Source: Deferribacterales bacterium
GTDB taxonomy: Bacteria > Chrysiogenota > Deferribacteres > Deferribacterales > Geovibrionaceae
Direction of reading: 5' to 3'
NCBI GenBank assembly: GCA_050253075.1
Contig: JBFWJS010000004.1
Coordinates: 96,001-160,000 of the forward strand
Length of the DNA: 64,000 nucleotides
This document shows positions 30,882 to 42,007 of this stretch, piece by piece. Positions within the stretch are counted from its first letter, which is position 1. Each line of letters starts with the position of its first letter. The translations under genes and the position numbers were made by a program. The notes under the pieces were generated by a model that worked only from the letters and a program-made list of their open reading frames with translations, was not told the origin of the DNA and did not search any database.

Positions 30882-33800
30882 TTATTCTGCATCGTTATTG
30901 ATCATTACTCCGTCTGTCTGGAGAGCCGTCATGAAGGAGCTTCCCATTATCTTAAGCAGAGAGCTCGGCAGATCAACACTGGTATACCATATGAGCATAT
31001 AGTCTTCCTCTTCAAAATTAAGCCCTAAGTTAGGATAATTAGGTTCGAAGAAATCTGCTGCAAGCCCTGTGTCTATGGTCTGCACCATATCCATATCAGT
31101 ATATGCCACCATTATCTTACCGTCGAATCTGCGTATGTCGCCTCTAGGGCTTGCGTAAACTGTCTCGCCCGACAGATCCATCGGCACCACTGTACTGGTG
31201 TAGTACAGTTTGTTGCCCACTGAGCCAAACATCTCAATAGCCGAGCCGGATTCGCCAGGTGCGCCGTCTACCACCATATGTGTTCCGCTTTCGGTACCGT
31301 CTGTGATCCAAAGCTCCTCGCCGGCCTCTTCTGTGGCGGCAGTGAAGAAGACCTTGCCGTCCACTGATCTGAAGTCGTCAGGATAGCTGGAGACCACTCT
31401 GTCTGAGTCGTCTGCGATATTCTTCAGCATGACAGTGCCTGCTAATGTACCGTTTGATACCCAGAGCTCGCTTCCTGCATCGTCTGAGACTAAGTTAAAT
31501 ATGAGCTTATCCTCTGTACCTGCAAAGCCTCTGATAGAAGCCGCTTCTGTGAATTCCATCTCTTTTATCAAAAGAGTGCCGTCTGCTGTTCCGTCTGTGA
31601 CATACAGCCTGGATATGCCCATGAAGTCAATAAGCATGAAGTAAAGATCGGAACCGACCTTTGTCAAATAGCTAGGCTCGACAAAGCGGTTATCGTCGCT
31701 GTTGCGCAGAGCATGTGTGCCTGCGGCTGTACCGTCACTAACATAGAGATATGCAGTGCCTGTATCATCGGCGATGAAGTATATCAAGTCGTCCACAACC
31801 ATAACGTTATATATGTATTCAGACGTCAGGAGCTCCTCTGTGCCTTCTGATGTGCCGTCTGTAATGATAAGTGCGTTAGATACGTTGTAATTCCCCTTAA
31901 TGAGGACAGAGTCGCCGAAAGCCACTATACCGTTGTCACGTGTAACAGGAATTTCCAGAGATTTGGTACCTGCGGCGGTGCCGTCTGTCACCCAATAACT
32001 GTTTGTCCACTCTGTATAAGCTGTGAAGAAATATTTGCCACCTGCTTTTACAAATGAAGCGTCAGCCGTAAGGGACGACATAGGTTTTTTATTAATATCA
32101 GCCACCTGAACAGTTGCGGATGTTGTACCGTCTGTGATCCAAAGCTCAGAGCCGTGCTTGTCGTCATCTGCTCTGAAGAACAGCTTCGAACCTGCCGCTG
32201 TCATATAATCCACACTGGAAGAGCCTGTATCGTCGTTTATATCCATAACCATGACAGTGCCTGCTTCTGTACCGTCGGACTTCCACAGCTCATGGCCGTG
32301 CTCACCGTCATTGGCAGTAAAGAATACTTCATTGCCGAAAACAGTCAGATAGTAAGGCGAGGATTCATCTGTGGCATTAATGTTTTTCACCAGAGTGGCA
32401 GACGCACCCTCAGCTTTATAAAGCTCGACATCGCCAGTGACAAAATCTGACCCGCTGAAGAAGAGCGTATCGCCTATCGTCACGAGATAATTAGCATAAA
32501 GTACGCTGTTGTCAGATTCATCGAGAACCTCTGTGATGCTCGTACCGTCTATATAGTAAAGTTTCTCTGAGCCTCTCATATACAGCTTTGTGTCACCTGC
32601 TGCCATAAAAGTTTTATTGTCGCAGTCGCCCAGATAGCCGAGGTCTGTGGCTGAGGTTCCGCTCACTTTTATCAGCTGGAAATTAGCCTCGAAATACAGA
32701 TCACCCGCAAATGCTACCATTCCCTGTATCTCGGAAACAGAGGAATAGACCTTCTCAGTACCTGCACTTGTGCCGTCTGTCATCCATACGCCGTGACCTA
32801 TGTTATCATTAGCCGTAAAATAGATATAATCACCGACGACTGTGAAAGAATAAGGAGTGCTTCCGCCTGTGCCCGGATAGATATCTTTAACCGGCACTGT
32901 GCCTGCCTCTGTACCGTCTGATATCCACAGCTCATAACCGGCAGCATCTGTATATGCGCCAAAGATCAGCTTTCCGTCGTATGCCGCCATATCTGAGATA
33001 TATGTGGGGTTTCCGCCTTCGTTAATATCGGCGATCATGTATGTACCCGCCGTGGTGCCGTCTGTCGCCCAGAGTTCATAGCCGTATTCGGCTGTCAGAG
33101 CCAGAAAGTATACCTTCCCGCCTGAAGAGATAAAGTACGGACTGGATAAAGAAGATGAACTGCCTTCATAAATATCTTTCAGCATGAATGTGCCTGCATC
33201 TGTACCGTCTGAGACCCACGGCTCATAGCCATGTTCGCTGTCTCTTGCGCCAAATATGACCTTATCACCGAATGCTGCAAAATCCGCAACGGATGCACCA
33301 TATGTCGCTCCGTCGTCCAGATCTTTAAGGAAGCTGAATGTCCTTCCGTCCTGTGTTATCCACAGCTCTTTACCGTGCTCGGCATCATAGCCTGTGAAAA
33401 CCTTATATCTTTCCTCCGCTACGCCGTCGGGCTTCACACCCAGATCGACAATAGCATCATCCATGTGCTGCAGTGCATCCGCAGCAGAGACAAATACCAG
33501 ATGCTCAGGTAGATTTGCACGGAGGAAGTCCTCGAATCCGTCATCTTCAAAATTTATATCACGCAGAGGTGTCAGGTCGGCTTCGTTCGGTGTGATGCCG
33601 TTCGAAGGGTCTCCGTCACTGTCTATACTCTGCAGAAACTGGGCAAGCCTGAGTGCTGCCGTCTCGTTATCGGGATAAATTGTTCTAGGTGTGATGTAAC
33701 CCGCCGCCTGGCACGACCTAAGGGATATACCGCCTATGGAGAAAATTACGGTGTCGCCCGGGTTATAGTTGTAACGTCCCTGAGCGTCTGTAACGCCTGT

Positions 33801-34064
33801 CACGCCTGATGATGTCACATATGAGAGACCTGCCACTTCATTATCTATGAATACGCCCGTCTCGCTCCCTGTGACAGGCAGATCGCCTCCGTCACCGCCT
33901 GAATCACCCGAATCTCCGGAGTCACCGGAGCCGCCTGAATCTCCTGAACCGCCGTCGTCGACAACCGCCGTCCCGCTCGAATTCCCTGAACTTCCTAAGA
34001 AGTTACAGCCGTTTAAAACCATAGAAACCAATAGTAGTAATGTCAGTAATAATTTTTTAGACAT
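30882..34064 (-). CDS. Large lipoprotein with ELWxxDGT beta-propeller repeats
   Basis: GAGGAG RBS before ATG 34064; lipobox LNGC; Gly/Ser/Asp linker; many ELW(I/K/A)(T/S)DGT repeats. Confidence 0.88.
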   Translation of the reverse strand: MSKKLLLTLLLLVSMVLNGCNFLGSSGNSSGTAVVDDGGSGDSGGSGDSGDSGDSGGDGGDLPVTGSETGVFIDNEVAGLSYVTSSGVTGVTDAQGRYNYNPGDTVIFSIGGISLRSCQAAGYITPRTIYPDNETAALRLAQFLQSIDSDGDPSNGITPNEADLTPLRDINFEDDGFEDFLRANLPEHLVFVSAADALQHMDDAIVDLGVKPDGVAEERYKVFTGYDAEHGKELWITQDGRTFSFLKDLDDGATYGASVADFAAFGDKVIFGARDSEHGYEPWVSDGTDAGTFMLKDIYEGSSSSLSSPYFISSGGKVYFLALTAEYGYELWATDGTTAGTYMIADINEGGNPTYISDMAAYDGKLIFGAYTDAAGYELWISDGTEAGTVPVKDIYPGTGGSTPYSFTVVGDYIYFTANDNIGHGVWMTDGTSAGTEKVYSSVSEIQGMVAFAGDLYFEANFQLIKVSGTSATDLGYLGDCDNKTFMAAGDTKLYMRGSEKLYYIDGTSITEVLDESDNSVLYANYLVTIGDTLFFSGSDFVTGDVELYKAEGASATLVKNINATDESSPYYLTVFGNEVFFTANDGEHGHELWKSDGTEAGTVMVMDINDDTGSSSVDYMTAAGSKLFFRADDDKHGSELWITDGTTSATVQVADINKKPMSSLTADASFVKAGGKYFFTAYTEWTNSYWVTDGTAAGTKSLEIPVTRDNGIVAFGDSVLIKGNYNVSNALIITDGTSEGTEELLTSEYIYNVMVVDDLIYFIADDTGTAYLYVSDGTAAGTHALRNSDDNRFVEPSYLTKVGSDLYFMLIDFMGISRLYVTDGTADGTLLIKEMEFTEAASIRGFAGTEDKLIFNLVSDDAGSELWVSNGTLAGTVMLKNIADDSDRVVSSYPDDFRSVDGKVFFTAATEEAGEELWITDGTESGTHMVVDGAPGESGSAIEMFGSVGNKLYYTSTVVPMDLSGETVYASPRGDIRRFDGKIMVAYTDMDMVQTIDTGLAADFFEPNYPNLGLNFEEEDYMLIWYTSVDLPSSLLKIMGSSFMTALQTDGVMINNDAE

Positions 34065-34275
34065 GTTCTGCTCCTCATAAAATCTACACAATTTCATTAT
34101 ACTACATAACTCGAAATGCAATGGTGAATTATTCACAAATACGTGTAAAAATTTCACTCCTTCAGACAACATCGGCAAACGGGTTTTATTCAAACTATTT
34201 AACTCCACTGAACCCTTGAAAAAATCAGAAAAAATCGGCATAATGCCTGCCTAGCCTTTTTTGGAGGATATTATT

Positions 34276-34569
34276 GTGTCTGAGACAATTTCACTGAAAG
34301 ATGTTAAACACATCGCAACGCTGGCACGCCTCAATTTCGAGGAAGCAGAAGCGGAAAAGATAAAAGACGACCTGAACAGCATTCTGGGATACATGGACAA
34401 GCTGAACGAGCTGAATACGGATAACGTAGAGCCCACATCCCACACGCTGGACATATACACTGTCACCAGACCCGACGTGGCGAAGCCTTCCCTCTCGAAT
34501 GAAGAGGCGCTGGCAAACGCTCCGCTGGCTGAGGACGCCCACTTTAAAGTTCCGAAGGTGATCGAATGA
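34276..34569 (+). CDS. gatC: Asp/Glu-tRNA amidotransferase subunit C
   Basis: HIATLARL, NAP, FKVPKVIE; GTG start after GGAGG. Confidence 0.94.
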   Translation: MSETISLKDVKHIATLARLNFEEAEAEKIKDDLNSILGYMDKLNELNTDNVEPTSHTLDIYTVTRPDVAKPSLSNEEALANAPLAEDAHFKVPKVIE

Positions 34570-36023
34570 GTTTTATAAACCTTAGTCTGAAAGCTCTCAC
34601 GGCAGGGCTAAAAAATAAAGAATTCTCCAGCAGGGAACTCGTGCAGTTCTATCTGGACAGGATAGAGAAATACGACGGCGAAGTGCAGGCCTTCAACCAT
34701 GTGAATGAAAACGCCATTGCACAGGCTGATGCCGTCGATGCTAAAAGAGCAAAGGGCGAAGCACTCCCCGAATTCGCAGGTGTGCCTATCGCTCTGAAAG
34801 ACCTGCTCATCACAAAGGGTATGCCCACCACATGCAGCTCAAAGATACTCGAGGGCTTTAAGCCTCCGTTCAACGGCACAGCCGTAGGGCTCGTGGAGGA
34901 AGCAGGATTTATCAACCTCGGTAAGCTCTCAATGGACGAGTTCGCAATGGGTTCCTCAAACGAGACATCTGCATACGCTAAAACACGCAACCCGTGGGAC
35001 ACAGACAGAGTACCGGGCGGTTCATCGGGCGGTTCTGCCGCTGCCGTTGCTGCCGGTTTCGCACCTGTGACACTCGGCTCCGACACAGGCGGTTCCATCC
35101 GTCAGCCCGCATCACTCTGCGGTATCGTCGGCATGAAGCCCACATACGGACGTGTTTCCCGTTTCGGTCTCGTGGCTTTCGCATCTTCCCTCGACCAGAT
35201 CGGCCCGATGGGTAAATCAGCGGAAGACCTCGCATCCGTACTCTCCATCATAGGCGAGCACGACCCGAAGGACTCCACATCTGCAAAGATAGATAAGAAA
35301 GACTATAACGCTGAGTTCACAGGCGACGTTAAAGGGATGAAGATCGGTGTTCCGAAGGAATACTTCGCCGAGGGACTCTCCGCAGACGTTAAAGCCGCCG
35401 TGGACAGCGCAATCAAAAAATATACAGACCTCGGATGTGAGATGGTGGATATATCTCTGCCTCACACTGACTATGCTCTGGCAACATACTACATCCTCGC
35501 CACGGCAGAGGCATCGAGCAACCTCGGACGTTACGACGGCGTACGCTTTGGACGCAGAGCCGAGGCGGAGAACCTGCGTGACATGTATTTCAAATCACGC
35601 TCTGAGGGATTCGGCGACGAAGTAAAGCGCAGGATCATGCTCGGCACATATGTACTCTCAGCGGGATACTACGACGCATACTACATAAAGGCCCAAAAGG
35701 TGAGAACACTCATCAAGCAGGACTTCGTGGAAGCATTCAAGACAGTCGATGCGATCATCTGCCCAACATCGCCTACCACGGCTTTCAAAGCGGGTGAAAA
35801 GACATCAGATCCTATACAGATGTATCTCAGCGATATCTATACACTCTCCCTCAACCTCTTCGGAGGATGCGGGCTATCCGTTCCTTGCGGATTCGGAGAG
35901 GACGGCATGCCGATAGGCGTTCAGCTCATCGGTAACTATTTTGAAGAAGGGAAGATACTGAACCTTGCACACGCTTTCGAGCAGGAAGTGCAGATAAGCC
36001 GTATCTCCGAAAAACTTAAGTAG
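34566..36023 (+). CDS. gatA: Asp/Glu-tRNA amidotransferase subunit A
   Basis: Amidase signature GGSSGGSAAAV, GSDTGGSIRQP, RRIMLG. Confidence 0.97.
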   Translation: MSFINLSLKALTAGLKNKEFSSRELVQFYLDRIEKYDGEVQAFNHVNENAIAQADAVDAKRAKGEALPEFAGVPIALKDLLITKGMPTTCSSKILEGFKPPFNGTAVGLVEEAGFINLGKLSMDEFAMGSSNETSAYAKTRNPWDTDRVPGGSSGGSAAAVAAGFAPVTLGSDTGGSIRQPASLCGIVGMKPTYGRVSRFGLVAFASSLDQIGPMGKSAEDLASVLSIIGEHDPKDSTSAKIDKKDYNAEFTGDVKGMKIGVPKEYFAEGLSADVKAAVDSAIKKYTDLGCEMVDISLPHTDYALATYYILATAEASSNLGRYDGVRFGRRAEAENLRDMYFKSRSEGFGDEVKRRIMLGTYVLSAGYYDAYYIKAQKVRTLIKQDFVEAFKTVDAIICPTSPTTAFKAGEKTSDPIQMYLSDIYTLSLNLFGGCGLSVPCGFGEDGMPIGVQLIGNYFEEGKILNLAHAFEQEVQISRISEKLK

Positions 36024-36032
36024 GTACTAAAT

Positions 36033-37457
36033 ATGAGCTATAAACCAGTCATAGGACTTGAAGTACACGTGCAGATGGCAACAGAATCAAAGATATTCTG
36101 CTCATGCTCTAATAAATTCGGATCAGACCCTAACACAAACGTATGCCCCGTATGCCTCGGTATGCCCGGCGTGCTCCCCGTGCTGAATGAAAAGGTCGTG
36201 GAGTTCACCACAAAGGCGGGACTCGCACTCAACTGCGAAATACGTGAGAAGTCAGTCTTCGCACGTAAGAACTACTTTTACCCCGACCTGCCGAAGGCTT
36301 ACCAGATATCCCAGTACGAACTGCCAATCTGTGAGAACGGATACATAGACATCGAGCTGGAAGACGGCACACAAAAGCGCATAGGTATCACACGTATCCA
36401 CATAGAGGAGGACGCAGGTAAACTAGTCCACTCGTCCGACGGCTCAGGCGTGGACCTTAACCGTACCGGTACGCCTCTGATGGAGATAGTGTCCGAGCCG
36501 GACATCCGCAGTGCAGAGGAAGCAAAGGCATACCTTCAGAAGTTGAAAACTATCCTTAAATACGTGGAGGTCTCCGACTGCAACATGGAGGAAGGCTCCA
36601 TGAGATGCGATGCGAACGTGTCACTTCGCAAAAGCGAAGAAGACCCATTCGGCACACGTGCAGAGATAAAGAACGTAAACTCTTTCAAAAACGTCGAAAG
36701 AGCTATCAAATATGAAGAAAAACGTCAGGCGAAAGTGCTCGACGAAGGCGGCACCATCGTACAGGAAACACGCCTCTTCAACGCCGACACAGGCGTTACT
36801 GCTTCCATGAGAGGCAAGGAAGACGCACACGACTACCGCTACTTCCCGGACCCTGACCTTGTGCCTCTAGTACTGGAAAGATCATTCATAGACAACATAA
36901 AGGTAAACCTGCCGGAGCTCCCTGTGGACAGAAAGGCACGCTTCATGAACGACCTTAAGCTGCCCGCCTACGATGCTGATTTCCTCACATCGGAGAAGAG
37001 CTACGCAGACTTTTTCGAAGAATGTTTAAAAGCGCACAACAACCCAAAGGGTATCAGCAACCTCATCATGACAGAGTTGATGCGCCACGTTAACGAAAAG
37101 CAGTGCGAGATATCCGAAGCAGGTATGTCGCCTGAATCACTCGCTGAGATAGTAGCCCTCCTTGATAAAGGCACCATCAGCGGAAACATCTCGAAAAAGC
37201 TTTTCGAAGAAGTGCTCGAAAGCGGAAAGAAACCTTCCGCTATAGTAGAAGAGAAAGGCATGTCTCAGAACTCCGACGAAGGCGAGCTCGAAAAGATCGT
37301 TCAGAAGATCATCGATGCAAACCCTGACGAGACAGAAAGATTCCGTGCGGGGGATAAAAAGCTCCAGGGATTCTTCATGGGACAGATAATGAGAGAATCA
37401 AAAGGGAAAGCAAACCCCGGCGTTGTCTCTCAGCTGCTGAATAAACTTATTAACTAA
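36033..37457 (+). CDS. gatB: Asp/Glu-tRNA amidotransferase subunit B
   Basis: [28 protein letters not shown]. Confidence 0.97.
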   Translation: MSYKPVIGLEVHVQMATESKIFCSCSNKFGSDPNTNVCPVCLGMPGVLPVLNEKVVEFTTKAGLALNCEIREKSVFARKNYFYPDLPKAYQISQYELPICENGYIDIELEDGTQKRIGITRIHIEEDAGKLVHSSDGSGVDLNRTGTPLMEIVSEPDIRSAEEAKAYLQKLKTILKYVEVSDCNMEEGSMRCDANVSLRKSEEDPFGTRAEIKNVNSFKNVERAIKYEEKRQAKVLDEGGTIVQETRLFNADTGVTASMRGKEDAHDYRYFPDPDLVPLVLERSFIDNIKVNLPELPVDRKARFMNDLKLPAYDADFLTSEKSYADFFEECLKAHNNPKGISNLIMTELMRHVNEKQCEISEAGMSPESLAEIVALLDKGTISGNISKKLFEEVLESGKKPSAIVEEKGMSQNSDEGELEKIVQKIIDANPDETERFRAGDKKLQGFFMGQIMRESKGKANPGVVSQLLNKLIN

Positions 37458-37461
37458 ATTG

Positions 37462-37538
37462 GTCATTGCGAGGAGTTACTACGACGAAGCAATCTTCACC
37501 TGAGATTCTCACGTCGGCTAAAGTCTCCTCAGAATGAC
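37462..37538. repeat. Intergenic GTCATTGCGAGG...AGAATGAC repeat, complete copy
   Basis: GTCATTGCGAGGAG...CGACGAAGCAATCT...AGATTCTCACGTCG...CTCCTCAGAATGAC. Confidence 0.78.
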
Positions 37539-37570
37539 ATTAAGATATGCATATTACTGAGGGGGTCATT

Positions 37571-37978
37571 ATGTTAGAGAAGATAGACCATATCGGCATC
37601 GCCGTTAAATGCCTCGACGAGGCGACAGCTTTTTATAAAACAATGGGGATAGTGCCTTACCACTTTGAAGAGGTAGAGAGCCAGAAGGTTCGTGTTGCCT
37701 TCATCAAAATAGGCGAGTCGAACATAGAGCTCCTCGAGCCCACATCAGACGAAAGCCCCATAGCAAAGTTTATGGAGAAAAAAGGCGAAGGGATACACCA
37801 CATAGCGTATAGAGTGGAAGACATCTATAAAGCTCTGGAGATGCTGAAAGCCGACGGCATAAAGCTGATAAACGAAGAGCCAATGAACGGCGCACACGGC
37901 ATGAAGGTTGCATTCGTACACCCGAAAAGCGTGAACGGAGTGCTCACAGAGCTCTCTCAGCCAGGCGACGAACACTAA
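37571..37978 (+). CDS. mce: Methylmalonyl-CoA epimerase
   Basis: IDHIGIAV, IELLEP, GEGIHHIAY, AFVHPK, GVLTEL. Confidence 0.9.
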   Translation: MLEKIDHIGIAVKCLDEATAFYKTMGIVPYHFEEVESQKVRVAFIKIGESNIELLEPTSDESPIAKFMEKKGEGIHHIAYRVEDIYKALEMLKADGIKLINEEPMNGAHGMKVAFVHPKSVNGVLTELSQPGDEH

Positions 37979-38002
37979 TAGGATTTTATCGGAAGATATA
38001 TG

Positions 38003-38032
38003 AAAGGCACAGCTTTGGCTGTGCCTTTTTTT
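38003..38032. terminator. Terminator between convergent mce and glmS
   Basis: AAAGGCACAGC-TTTG-GCTGTGCCTTT plus T-run. Confidence 0.8.
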
Positions 38033-39854
38033 ATTCTACGGTAACTGATTTTGCGAGGTTTCTCGGCTGGTCTACATCCAGTCCGAGCAGATGCGCACAG
38101 TGGTAAGAGAATATCTGCGTAACCACCACGGCAGGGAAAACTGAAAGCTCTTCTATCACATCGGGTATCTCTATGACATGGTCACAGATACCTCTGAGCC
38201 CTTCGTCACCCTCTGTAACGACGGCGATAACTATGCCGTCTCTTGTCTTCACTTCCTCAACGTTTGAGACGACCTTTTCATAAACAGAAGACTTCGGACA
38301 AAGTATAAAAATAGGCAGAGTCTTATCTATCAGGGCGATAGGCCCGTGCTTCATCTCACCTGCGGGGTATCCCTCAGCGTGGATGTATGATATCTCTTTC
38401 AGCTTCAGCGCACCTTCGAGGGCAACGGGATAGTTTACGTTGCGACCCAGATAAAGGAAGTCTGAAGCATCTTTGAATTTCTTCGCCAGTGAGAGTATAT
38501 AGTCTTCCTGAGAGAGGACTTTTTCGATAGCTTCGGGGAGTTTCACCACTTCGCCGAGGTATCTGCCTATCTCGTCTTTTGAGAGCACTCCCCTCTCCTG
38601 TCCCATATAAAGGGCGAGGAGGAAAAGGCTGATCACCTGTGTGGTGAATGCTTTCGTGGATGCCACGCCTATCTCAGGCCCGGCATAAGTATATATCACA
38701 GCGTCGGAATCTCTCGGTATGGATGAGCCCACGGCATTACAGACGGAGAGCACTGTCGCGCCCATCTTTTTCGCCTTACGCAGAGCCATCAGCGTATCTG
38801 CTGTTTCGCCTGACTGGCTGATGCCGAGGAACAGTGTCTTGTCGTCTATCACTAGGTCTCTGTATCTGAACTCGGATGCTATGTCTACCTCTACGGGTAT
38901 CTTGGCGAGCTTTTCTATATAGAATTTAGCGATGAGCCCCGCATGCCAGCTTGTGCCGCATGCCACTATCACTATACGGTTTATCTTATCCATTACGGCG
39001 TCTATCTTTTCAAATTCGGCAAATGAGACGCTGCTGTCATCGAGGGAATATCTCCCCCTGATGGTGTTAATTACGGCTGTTGGCTGTTCGGCTATCTCTT
39101 TCTGCATGAAGTGGTTATAACCTGCTTTCTCAGCCATTACAGGGTTCCAGTCGATTACCTTTACCTCACGGTTGACAGGATTGTCGTTTATATCGAATAT
39201 CACAAAGCTGTCTTTGCTCAGCACTGCCATGTCGCCGTCTTCGAGGAAGACGAACCGGCGTGTGTATGACAGTACCGCAGGCACGTCGCTTGCGGCGAAC
39301 ATTTCACCCTCGCCTATACCGATAACGAGAGGGCTGTCCTTTCGTGCGATGACTATCTTATCAGGTTCATTTTCGGTGATAACACCTAGGGCATATGAGC
39401 CTATTATCTGTTTCAGTGTTTTCTGAACGGCTTTGACAATGTCGCCGTCGTAGTTTGATTTTAAAAGGTGTGCGACAACTTCCGTATCGGTCTCAGAACA
39501 GAATTTCGCACCCTGAGCGATGAGCATTCCTTTCAGCTCAAGGTAGTTCTCGATGATACCGTTGTGCACTATTGTCAGCCCTTCGGAGCTGTGCGGGTGT
39601 GCATTTTCAAAGGATGGCTTGCCGTGGGTCGCCCATCTGGTATGGCCAATGCCCGTGGTAGCGTTAAAAACTTTCTCTTTCAGTTTTTCACTGAGGTTTA
39701 TCAGCTTACCCACGCTGCGTTCCACAGCGATGGAGCCGCCTTCAAGCAGTGCGATGCCTGCCGAGTCGTATCCTCTGTATTCCAGTTTTGAGAGTCCGTT
39801 CATAAGTACGCCGGACGCTTTTCTCTCGCCTATATATCCTACTATTCCACACAT
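38031..39854 (-). CDS. glmS: Glutamine--fructose-6-phosphate aminotransferase
   Basis: MCGIVG, GHTRWATHG, SQSGETADT, PRNLAKSVTVE. Confidence 0.98.
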   Translation of the reverse strand: MCGIVGYIGERKASGVLMNGLSKLEYRGYDSAGIALLEGGSIAVERSVGKLINLSEKLKEKVFNATTGIGHTRWATHGKPSFENAHPHSSEGLTIVHNGIIENYLELKGMLIAQGAKFCSETDTEVVAHLLKSNYDGDIVKAVQKTLKQIIGSYALGVITENEPDKIVIARKDSPLVIGIGEGEMFAASDVPAVLSYTRRFVFLEDGDMAVLSKDSFVIFDINDNPVNREVKVIDWNPVMAEKAGYNHFMQKEIAEQPTAVINTIRGRYSLDDSSVSFAEFEKIDAVMDKINRIVIVACGTSWHAGLIAKFYIEKLAKIPVEVDIASEFRYRDLVIDDKTLFLGISQSGETADTLMALRKAKKMGATVLSVCNAVGSSIPRDSDAVIYTYAGPEIGVASTKAFTTQVISLFLLALYMGQERGVLSKDEIGRYLGEVVKLPEAIEKVLSQEDYILSLAKKFKDASDFLYLGRNVNYPVALEGALKLKEISYIHAEGYPAGEMKHGPIALIDKTLPIFILCPKSSVYEKVVSNVEEVKTRDGIVIAVVTEGDEGLRGICDHVIEIPDVIEELSVFPAVVVTQIFSYHCAHLLGLDVDQPRNLAKSVTVE

Positions 39855-39868
39855 ACGGTCACCCTAAA

Positions 39869-40132
39869 TCATTCTTTTGTTCTGTATTCGAGTATCTTTA
39901 TAAACTTATCGACATCTTTCTTCGGGACAGAACCCTTTTCCGGCAGAATCACTATTTCAAGTTTCTTATAGTAATTCCACATATCCAGCTCGATAATGTC
40001 TCCGGTCTTCACCTTTGAGCTCGGCTTTGCCTGTCTGCCGTTAAGCAGGACAAATCCCTCGTCCGCCATTTCATTGGCAACGGTACGCCTTTTTATCAGC
40101 ATTAAGACCTTGAGGAGCTTATCAATACGCAT
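39869..40132 (-). CDS. RNA-binding S4-domain protein (Hsp15/RqcP-like)
   Basis: MRIDKLLK...IKRRTVA...NGRQAKPS. Confidence 0.88.
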   Translation of the reverse strand: MRIDKLLKVLMLIKRRTVANEMADEGFVLLNGRQAKPSSKVKTGDIIELDMWNYYKKLEIVILPEKGSVPKKDVDKFIKILEYRTKE

Positions 40133-41060
40133 ATTTTTTCTGGATAAGGATCTCTTTTCTGCTGTCGGCCAGCCAGTTGTCAAAGATCTCTTTTGAGCGT
40201 TCCTCGGTGAGAGCTCTCACAATGCTGTCCTTTTTTTCTTCGGGGAGTTCGTTTTTATTCTTAAAACCCTCGACATAAAACACACGGAATCCTCCGTCGC
40301 TGTCTTCGATAGGTTTTGCTATGCCTTTTTTGATGCCTGTGATGGCACTTCTGATGTCGTCATCGAGAAATGCGAGCTCTACCCATCCGAGGTAACCGCC
40401 GCTGTCGGCGTTGCCTGCTGTGGAGTATTTCATCGCTGCTTCTCTGAAGTCACCTGTCTTTTCAAAGTCTGCCATAGCTTCGTCCAGCTTTGCTTTGCTG
40501 TCTGTGGTGAGTATTCTCAGCTCGTATGTGTCGGAAAGTTCGAGCTCTGCCGTGTGTCCGTCCACATATTCCTGAATGTCCTGATCCGTGATGATGATCT
40601 TTGGTCTGAATACGGTGCTGACGAGCCTTGCTTTAAGGATGTCTACCTTGATGCTCCATTTATACTGCTCAAGTGTCTGGTTTGAAGCAGCGAGGAGTTC
40701 TCTCAGGCGGATCTCGTCGACGTTGTTCTTCTCCATGATCTCCTGCACTGCGCCGTCGACCTCTCTGTCTGAAACACGCACGCCCTCTTTGGCCGCTGCC
40801 TGTTCGATGACATAGTTGTCCAGCATCAGGTCGAGTGCACCGTTATAATATCTGGCGAGCTCTGTTTCCAGCTCATCGCCTTTGAATTTTTCATAAATGT
40901 ACTGCAGTCTCTTCGGGTTCATAGTTTCCAGCTCGTACTGAGTGATGATCTTCTCACCCACAACGGCATAGACCCTGTTTATGATCTCCGCATAAGAGCT
41001 AGTTGCTGTCAGAAACAGCAGTATCAGGATAGTTAATTTCAGATTTTTCAAATAAGCCAT
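40122..41060 (-). CDS. SurA-like chaperone/PPIase
   Basis: Signal peptide, NRVYAVVGEKII, GGYLGW. Confidence 0.85.
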   Translation of the reverse strand: MAYLKNLKLTILILLFLTATSSYAEIINRVYAVVGEKIITQYELETMNPKRLQYIYEKFKGDELETELARYYNGALDLMLDNYVIEQAAAKEGVRVSDREVDGAVQEIMEKNNVDEIRLRELLAASNQTLEQYKWSIKVDILKARLVSTVFRPKIIITDQDIQEYVDGHTAELELSDTYELRILTTDSKAKLDEAMADFEKTGDFREAAMKYSTAGNADSGGYLGWVELAFLDDDIRSAITGIKKGIAKPIEDSDGGFRVFYVEGFKNKNELPEEKKDSIVRALTEERSKEIFDNWLADSRKEILIQKKYAY

Positions 41061-41955
41061 CAATATATTCCCTTACAATTTTTTCCTGTTTTAGGCCGTA
41101 AAGTTCGGCATAAAGTTTCTTTTTCAGAGTTTCAAAACCGATGTCGGACTTCTTCTGCACATCTATCAGCTTAAAGATGTGAAAGCCGTATTCAGATTTC
41201 AGAATTCCGCTGACCTGCCCTTTTTTAAGACTGAGCGCCTCTTTAAAGATATCAGGATATTCATTCACGTTTATAAAGCCGAGGTCTCCGCCGTTTTCCT
41301 TCTCTGGTGCTACGGAGAATTTCTCCGCCACTTCAGAGAACGGGATGCCCTGTTTGATCAGAGAGAGGGCATTTTGTGCGGCCTTTTCCTCATACACTAC
41401 TATATGCTGTATATGAGCCGAAACAACGGCGTTAAGTTCATTTTTTTTCTCTTCGTAAAATGCCTTAAGCTCTTCTTCGCTGATTACGATATCAGAGCCT
41501 GCGATCTGCTCCAGCAGCTTGCCTATCATAATGCGCTGACGGAGGAGTTTTTTGAGTGATTCAAAGTCGAGGTTGAGCTGTCTTTCAAATTCGCTCAGCA
41601 TCTTCTGCCCTTTGATGGTCTGGAAGGATTCGACTATCTCGTTAAATTTTGCCTCGTCTACATCAACATTCTCTTCCACAGCTTTCTGCAGGAGGAGCCT
41701 GTGTTCGATGAAGTCCTTTTTAAGTGTCTCCACTATCACAGGGTTTGATCTGGTCTCTATATCCATAACGGAGATAGTATATGCGATGAATGCCTCGTAG
41801 TCTGCCTTTGACACATTTTCACCGTTTACGATGACAAATGTATTCGCCGGGTCGTCCTTGCCGAGACCCTCTTTTTCATCATTTTTACCGGAAAAACATG
41901 ATGCGAGCGACAAGCTCAAAATAGTTATAATTAAAAGAATTAGATATTTTTTCAT
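40999..41955 (-). CDS. PpiC-type peptidyl-prolyl isomerase lipoprotein (PrsA-like)
   Basis: Lipobox LASC, HIVV, GGDLG, GFHIFK. Confidence 0.88.
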   Translation of the reverse strand: MKKYLILLIITILSLSLASCFSGKNDEKEGLGKDDPANTFVIVNGENVSKADYEAFIAYTISVMDIETRSNPVIVETLKKDFIEHRLLLQKAVEENVDVDEAKFNEIVESFQTIKGQKMLSEFERQLNLDFESLKKLLRQRIMIGKLLEQIAGSDIVISEEELKAFYEEKKNELNAVVSAHIQHIVVYEEKAAQNALSLIKQGIPFSEVAEKFSVAPEKENGGDLGFINVNEYPDIFKEALSLKKGQVSGILKSEYGFHIFKLIDVQKKSDIGFETLKKKLYAELYGLKQEKIVREYIDGLFEKSEINYPDTAVSDSN

Positions 41956-42007
41956 AGCGTATTAGAATACCTTAAACCTGTATATTTTTGCAATAGTCTT
42001 ATTGATA

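Noticed and set aside
34065..34241. N-terminal extension of the ELWxxDGT protein given in the ORF track (likewise rnhB to 17748, FAH to 20451)
   Set aside because: RBS, signal peptide or family start motifs indicate downstream starts
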